DNA from: Candidatus Bathyarchaeota archaeon
GTDB lineage: Archaea; Thermoproteota; Bathyarchaeia; Bathyarchaeales; Bathycorpusculaceae
Assembly: GCA_963811105.1 (NCBI GenBank)
Contig: CAWEPZ010000011.1
Coordinates: 640,001-704,000 of the forward strand
Direction: 5' to 3'
DNA: 64,000 bases
The position numbers and the translations under genes are program-made. Positions within the stretch are counted from its first letter, which is position 1; every line of letters starts with the position of its first letter. Positions 59,330-64,000 of the stretch are shown piece after piece. The notes below the pieces were generated by a model. That model worked only from the letters and a program-made list of their open reading frames with translations, was not told the origin of the DNA and searched no databases.

Positions 59330-59785
59330 TTAACGTTTCCTCCATAATTCATTAGATTTCAAATTCCGTTCAAGCTCTGCTATAGATTGGAACCTACCGC
59401 TTCCTGCCATCCTGTAATATTGGCTGTAGGTATCCTCGGTTATGGTTCGGGTTGCTTTTAACTCACGCAACTTGCGTCTTAAAGAGCGGATTTTTATCAT
59501 CCAAACTTCTTTCTTTGTAACCTTTGCGTACCCTGCTCCTTTTAGGCTACCTGGTCCACTGCGTCTGCCTTTTCGTTTTTTCTCTCGGATGACTTTTGCT
59601 CTTGATCTGCTTACGCCTTTCTCAGGCAATGAAACAATGACTTTTTCGTGAATGAGTTTTCTTACTTCTTCGCGTGTAATTGCGCTTTCAACATCGCTCA
59701 TGTGCTCAGGATTAATCCAGACTCGGTTTTGCCCGATTTTTAAGATCTGTGATGCTAAGCGTCTTTGGCTCTTTAGATCAGTCAT
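59330..59785 (-). CDS. rpl19e: Ribosomal protein eL19
   Basis: QRRLAS, RVWINP, GRRSGPGS.KG. Confidence 0.97.
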   Translation of the reverse strand: MTDLKSQRRLASQILKIGQNRVWINPEHMSDVESAITREEVRKLIHEKVIVSLPEKGVSRSRAKVIREKKRKGRRSGPGSLKGAGYAKVTKKEVWMIKIRSLRRKLRELKATRTITEDTYSQYYRMAGSGRFQSIAELERNLKSNELWRKR

Positions 59786-60375
59786 TCTTTTTCTTCTCCT
59801 TTCTTTGGTTTACTTTTTGCTTTCTTCGGTGTCTTTTCTTTCTTGGGCTTTTCTTCTTTCTTTTCGACTTCTTTCGCTTCTTCCTGCTCTGTTTCTTCGA
59901 CTTCGGTTACTTCTTCCGCTTCCTCTTCGGTTTCTTCATCTTCTTTCTTTTCAACTTCAGTTGCCTTTGAAATCTTGATGTTCAAGATTTTGATGTTGAG
60001 TTTTTTGGCTTCCGCAATTATTGTTGCACGTTTCCTTTTGCCGACTCTATGGGCGATGCGTGCGGCTTGAGTATTGGGGTCAATATTTGAAAGTGCCTCT
60101 GCGTTGTAAACGATAACTTCTCGGTATCCAGATGGATGTAAACCTCTGGCAACTTTTGGTCCTTTGTAGCCAACGCTTGGACCTGGAGGCCAACCTTTGA
60201 TTTTTCGCCTAATCTTATTATCTAAGCCTTTGGGTTTTCTCCAGCTTAGGCTAAAGCGATCAAATTTCCAACTTTCAGCTCTTACGAATGCGGGCTTCTT
60301 GTTTTTTGCGCGTGCTCTAATTCTGAGCGCTTCGCGTGCTGGTGAAGGTTTCTTTTGGGTTTTTTCGGTAGTCAT
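59782..60375 (-). CDS. rpl32e: Ribosomal protein eL32 with acidic/basic tail
   Basis: WRKPKGLDNKIR, RGLHPSG. Confidence 0.97.
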   Translation of the reverse strand: MTTEKTQKKPSPAREALRIRARAKNKKPAFVRAESWKFDRFSLSWRKPKGLDNKIRRKIKGWPPGPSVGYKGPKVARGLHPSGYREVIVYNAEALSNIDPNTQAARIAHRVGKRKRATIIAEAKKLNIKILNIKISKATEVEKKEDEETEEEAEEVTEVEETEQEEAKEVEKKEEKPKKEKTPKKAKSKPKKGEEKE

Positions 60376-60920
60376 TATGCAACTCCCTCGTTTCTTTCAA
60401 ACACGTATATACCATCAAGGAAAACACGTGGGTCTTTTCGTCGTACTCTTGTGGATTGCTCGATGTTGGCAGCGGTTTGGCTAACATCTTCCAAGTTTGC
60501 GCCTTCAACGATGATGTCTTCGGGGTCAATTTTGACTTTAACATCGCCAATTATTTTCACTTTTCGTGCTCTTCGTTCGCCAGTAAAGTTTTCAATCATA
60601 ACAAATTTGCCTTGAATCTTCACTGAAATTGGGAAGTGGGAGAACACAATTTTTAGCTTGTATGTGTAGCCTTTTGTCACTCCGGTAATCATATTTTGAA
60701 TGTGTGAAGTTATTGTTCCTACGAGAGCAGCTTCCTTTTTGCGGGGCCAATTTGCCCAAATGCGAATGTTTTTGCCTTCGCCTTCTATTTCGATAGGAGC
60801 AAATGAAAAGTCACGTGTTAGAGAGCCTTTTGTGCCTTTAACACTAATTTTTTTGCCGTCTAGTTTGACGTCTACGTTGTCTGGAACCTGAATGGTATTA
60901 GATATTTCTGGAAGCCGCAT
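60375..60920 (-). CDS. rpl6: Ribosomal protein uL6
   Basis: NMITGVTKG, SHFPI, KDPRVFLDGIY. Confidence 0.98.
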   Translation of the reverse strand: MRLPEISNTIQVPDNVDVKLDGKKISVKGTKGSLTRDFSFAPIEIEGEGKNIRIWANWPRKKEAALVGTITSHIQNMITGVTKGYTYKLKIVFSHFPISVKIQGKFVMIENFTGERRARKVKIIGDVKVKIDPEDIIVEGANLEDVSQTAANIEQSTRVRRKDPRVFLDGIYVFERNEGVA

Positions 60921-60932
60921 AAATTACACCTT

Positions 60933-61316
60933 TTAATATACGAAGGCTAACAACCTTCCTCCAACGTTCTTTTCTTGTGCATCCTTGTGAGCTATAACGC
61001 CTTTTGAAGTGGAAACAACCATTATTCCTATGTCCCTGGATGGCAAAAATTTCTTTTCCCAATCTTCAAATTCGCCAACTTTAGCTGGATAGCGTGGTTT
61101 GATTGGCCCACACTTGTTTATTCTGCCGAGTAATTGGACTTTGAATTTTCCAGATCGGCCATCATCGATAAACTCGAATTCTCCGATGTAGCCATTAAGC
61201 TGCATTATGCGTAGTACTCTTCCCAAAAGTTTAGAGGCGGGGCTAATTATGCATTCGCGCTTGTTACGCATTTCATTATTTATGATAGTTATCAAACCAT
61301 TTGTTAAAGTGTCCAT
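60933..61316 (-). CDS. rps8: Ribosomal protein uS8
   Basis: GYIGEFEFIDDGRSG, STSKG. Confidence 0.98.
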   Translation of the reverse strand: MDTLTNGLITIINNEMRNKRECIISPASKLLGRVLRIMQLNGYIGEFEFIDDGRSGKFKVQLLGRINKCGPIKPRYPAKVGEFEDWEKKFLPSRDIGIMVVSTSKGVIAHKDAQEKNVGGRLLAFVY

Positions 61317-61328
61317 CTACTTTAGCTC

Positions 61329-61493
61329 CTACTCATATTTTTTAAACCCAAGTTTTGGGGCTGCCTCTCTGAAACAGTGCCTACATAAATATAAATCGTA
61401 CCGTCGAATAACGGGCCCGTACGAGCCGCACCTAACACATGGGCGAGAGCCTTTGCCGTATTTGCGTTCTTTCTTTACTTGCTGTTTTCCCAT
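61329..61493 (-). CDS. rps14: Ribosomal protein uS14 (zinc-finger type)
   Basis: [23 protein letters not shown]...[14 protein letters not shown]; below ORF-track cutoff. Confidence 0.97.
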   Translation of the reverse strand: MGKQQVKKERKYGKGSRPCVRCGSYGPVIRRYDLYLCRHCFREAAPKLGFKKYE

Positions 61494-61509
61494 ACATTTA
61501 TCCTCAGTT

Positions 61510-62052
61510 TTAAATGATTTCTACTCCCAGAGTTTGCTTCACAAACAATATTGATTCTTCTGGTGTTAACATGTGCTTAGGACCTATCGATTGTTTTTGT
61601 TTTCTGCGAATTTTCACTCGTTGCCCAGGACGGTTGACTGAAACACAAATATCCATTCCGAAGATGCCTATGTCAGGATCATATTTTACGCCGGGAATTT
61701 CAATGTGTTCTTTAAGACCGAAGGCAAAGTTACCGCGCACATCAAAGGAGCTCTTTGAAACTTTGTTGTCAACGACTGGCAGCACTTTCTTTAAGAAGTC
61801 AATTGCATTTTGCTTGCGCAACGTTACAACCACAGCTATTGACTCTCCTTCGCGTATGCCAAAATCTCGAATGGTTTTTTTAGCCTTTTTCTTTACAGGC
61901 GTCTGATTTGTTATTTCTTTGAGCACTTTGTTAGCTTTTTCGAGAGGTTCACCTGATTTTCCAACGTTCAGGTTTACTACAACTTTCTCAATTCGAGGCT
62001 TAAGCATTGGATGCTCCGCCCAATTCTTAATCATTGCTTCTTCCTCAGACAA
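61510..62052 (-). CDS. rpl5: Ribosomal protein uL5
   Basis: [22 protein letters not shown]. Confidence 0.98.
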   Translation of the reverse strand: MSEEEAMIKNWAEHPMLKPRIEKVVVNLNVGKSGEPLEKANKVLKEITNQTPVKKKAKKTIRDFGIREGESIAVVVTLRKQNAIDFLKKVLPVVDNKVSKSSFDVRGNFAFGLKEHIEIPGVKYDPDIGIFGMDICVSVNRPGQRVKIRRKQKQSIGPKHMLTPEESILFVKQTLGVEII

Positions 62053-62809
62053 CTGCAGATGCCTCCGGTAAACCTATGAGCGATGTTACTTCGCCTACAG
62101 TAAAGATGAAGTCTAAGATTGTTTGGTAACGCACACCTTGCGCGTCTTCAATAACCACAAGAGCTTGGCGACGTTTTTTGGCAACAGTTTTTTCTATTTC
62201 AACTATTCTGCCTTGTTTTCCAATGTTTTTTCCGCCTGTGATTACTGCCAAGTTTCCTTCCCTGGTTTTCAAGCGCTGTACAACTTGTTTTTCTGGAAAA
62301 GTCACTTTCAGGACATCGAAAGTCTCGTAGTCTACTTCCACAGGTTTCTTAGGATCTACAACTCTAATTAGCATATTTGAGCCGTCGTGGAGAGCAATTT
62401 GAACGCCATTTCTAACGACTACTTTGTTCTCAACTCGCGCCAACTTGAAGTTTGCTTCTTCTTTGCTTATAGGACTTAAAATCAGCCCTTTGATGGACGG
62501 CATTAAACGGTAATATTTGCCTGAATCAGACATTGAGATAACGTCCATCAAACCGACTGGAAAGTCGTCTTTTTTCATGACTTTATTGTTAACTTGTACT
62601 TTGCCTTGGGAAAGTATCATTTTACTTTCTCTCCTTGTTTGTGCAACGCCCAGAATGTCTCTTAGTATCAGGGTTAATGGTAAGCAATTCTGGAGCGAGT
62701 GAGAACCAGGTGAGGGCTTTACTATCCAGGGCATTTCTTTTCTGTGGATCGGCCAGAACCTTGGTGCCGGCTTACGTTTTAGCCTTGCTGTTTTTCCTTT
62801 TTTACCCAA
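62045..62809 (-). CDS. rps4e: Ribosomal protein eS4
   Basis: LKRKPAPRFW, FPVGLMDVI, ITGGKNIG. Confidence 0.97.
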   Translation of the reverse strand: MGKKGKTARLKRKPAPRFWPIHRKEMPWIVKPSPGSHSLQNCLPLTLILRDILGVAQTRRESKMILSQGKVQVNNKVMKKDDFPVGLMDVISMSDSGKYYRLMPSIKGLILSPISKEEANFKLARVENKVVVRNGVQIALHDGSNMLIRVVDPKKPVEVDYETFDVLKVTFPEKQVVQRLKTREGNLAVITGGKNIGKQGRIVEIEKTVAKKRRQALVVIEDAQGVRYQTILDFIFTVGEVTSLIGLPEASAVV

Positions 62810-62811
62810 AA

Positions 62812-63618
62812 TTATTGTCCTCCTTTATTTTCTTCTGAAGCTTTACTTTTAGCGCTTGACTTAGGCTGCTTTTCTTTGGCTGCCATTTCTTTAGCTGGTG
62901 CTTCTTTTTTTGATGAAGTTGATTTGCTTTCTGCCGTTTTTGGCTTTGCCACTTTTTTTGCGGTAACTTTTTGTTTGGCAGGTGCCTTTTTCTCTTGAAC
63001 TACTTCTTTTTCAGCAATAGGTTTCTTGGCGGCTGGTTTCTTGGCTACTACAGCTTTTGCAGTCGATTTTTCTGCTTTTTTCTCAGAAACCTTTTCTGAG
63101 GGTGCCTCTTCTCTTTCAACTTCAGGTATTATTTTTTTGGATTCTTCTGCTTCTATTGGTTTTGCTTCTTTTGCCTCTTCAACTTTAGCTCTAAGTTTTT
63201 CTGGTGCCTTTGCAGCTTTCTTTGCCGGTTTAGCTTTCGGCTTTTCTATTTCCTTCTTTCGTCCAAGAACGTTTTTGCGCCATTTGTCGTCTAGATTAAG
63301 GTTTCTAATCTGAACTTTAGATGGGTGAACTGCGATGAAAATGTTAGTTCCGTCCACTTTCTCGCGTGTTAATCCCTCAAGATAAACTCTGTATTCTTTG
63401 AGGTCAACTCTTGAAACTTTACCTTCGAACCCCTTGTTATCTCCACGTTGAACTCTAACTGTGTCGCCTTTCCTTACCGGAAGGGTCTTTGCGCCTCTTG
63501 AAGCAGCAAGCTCATTTGATAAGGGAGCTGCCATAAGCTTATGACGCAGGTGAGCAGGAGCGTTAAAAACTTTTTTCCGTTGTTTACCAGGATTCTTTAC
63601 TCGTTTTGTATCTTGCAT
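62812..63618 (-). CDS. rpl24: Ribosomal protein uL24 with ~145-aa Lys/Ala/Glu tail
   Basis: PGKQRK, VRKGDTV, HPSKV; then low-complexity tail. Confidence 0.96.
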   Translation of the reverse strand: MQDTKRVKNPGKQRKKVFNAPAHLRHKLMAAPLSNELAASRGAKTLPVRKGDTVRVQRGDNKGFEGKVSRVDLKEYRVYLEGLTREKVDGTNIFIAVHPSKVQIRNLNLDDKWRKNVLGRKKEIEKPKAKPAKKAAKAPEKLRAKVEEAKEAKPIEAEESKKIIPEVEREEAPSEKVSEKKAEKSTAKAVVAKKPAAKKPIAEKEVVQEKKAPAKQKVTAKKVAKPKTAESKSTSSKKEAPAKEMAAKEKQPKSSAKSKASEENKGGQ

Positions 63619-63628
63619 TATCTTGCAC

Positions 63629-64000
63629 CTACACTATTATGCTTGAGGCACTTGCGATTCGCGGCCATCTTTCAGCTGCCTCTCTTGCTACTGGACCTCT
63701 GATTTCTGAACCTTTCATTTCTCCTTCAGGAGTGATAATTACTGCGGCGTTATCTTCAAATTGAACCCAAACGCCATCCACACGTCTGAAGGTTTTTCTC
63801 TGTCGAACTACTACAGCTTGAAAGATTTTTTTCCTCATGTCTGGCGAACCTTGTCTGACCGAAACCGTTACTTTGTCGCCGACTGTTGCAGATGGATAAC
63901 GTCTCAGTCTGCCTTTGTAGCCCATTGCTTGAATGAGTCTTAGTACTCTTGCACCTGTATTATCGGCGCATCTCATTTCAGATCCTGATTGAAGGCCACG
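63629..64000 (-). CDS. rpl14: Ribosomal protein uL14 (5' end outside window)
   Basis: CADNTGAR, FEDNAAVI, KGSEIRGPVAREA. Confidence 0.97.
   Translation of the reverse strand, partial: RGLQSGSEMRCADNTGARVLRLIQAMGYKGRLRRYPSATVGDKVTVSVRQGSPDMRKKIFQAVVVRQRKTFRRVDGVWVQFEDNAAVIITPEGEMKGSEIRGPVAREAAERWPRIASASSIIV

Overview
Archaeal chromosomal window, low GC. The gene content points to Bathyarchaeia (TACK): gatD/gatE, Elp3, RIO2, LSm, eS30, the archaeal uL14-to-secY ribosomal cluster and three paralogous giant PQQ-type beta-propeller surface proteins. The taxonomy is inferred from family recognition only. Left third (1-21 kb) is accessory. It holds surface-protein genes, tRNA-His/Leu/Pro, three tyrosine-integrase relics, provirus relics (terminase, ParB-like), tRNA-Pro 3' att copies and a cluster of small stress-type genes. 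The middle holds transport, regulatory and housekeeping genes. The right end is the spc-type ribosomal cluster with unusual Lys/Ala/Glu tails and an inserted Hsp20 gene. Top observations: (1) 28-bp Xer/dif-shaped inverted-repeat sites (GTCAA-N6-TTGAC core) embedded in the last codons of tandem surface-protein genes near integrase relics, a candidate gene-cassette recombination system; (2) a CAGTCAC(A/G) box abutting the TATA box of at least six small genes resembling bacterial general-stress genes (CsbD, lmo0937-like, YqjE-like), a candidate archaeal stress regulon; (3) a perfect 18-bp x14.7 repeat encoding a (KEKAAP)14 tail on uL18. Several single-base frameshifts in otherwise intact genes suggest assembly indels, so pseudogene calls need caution.
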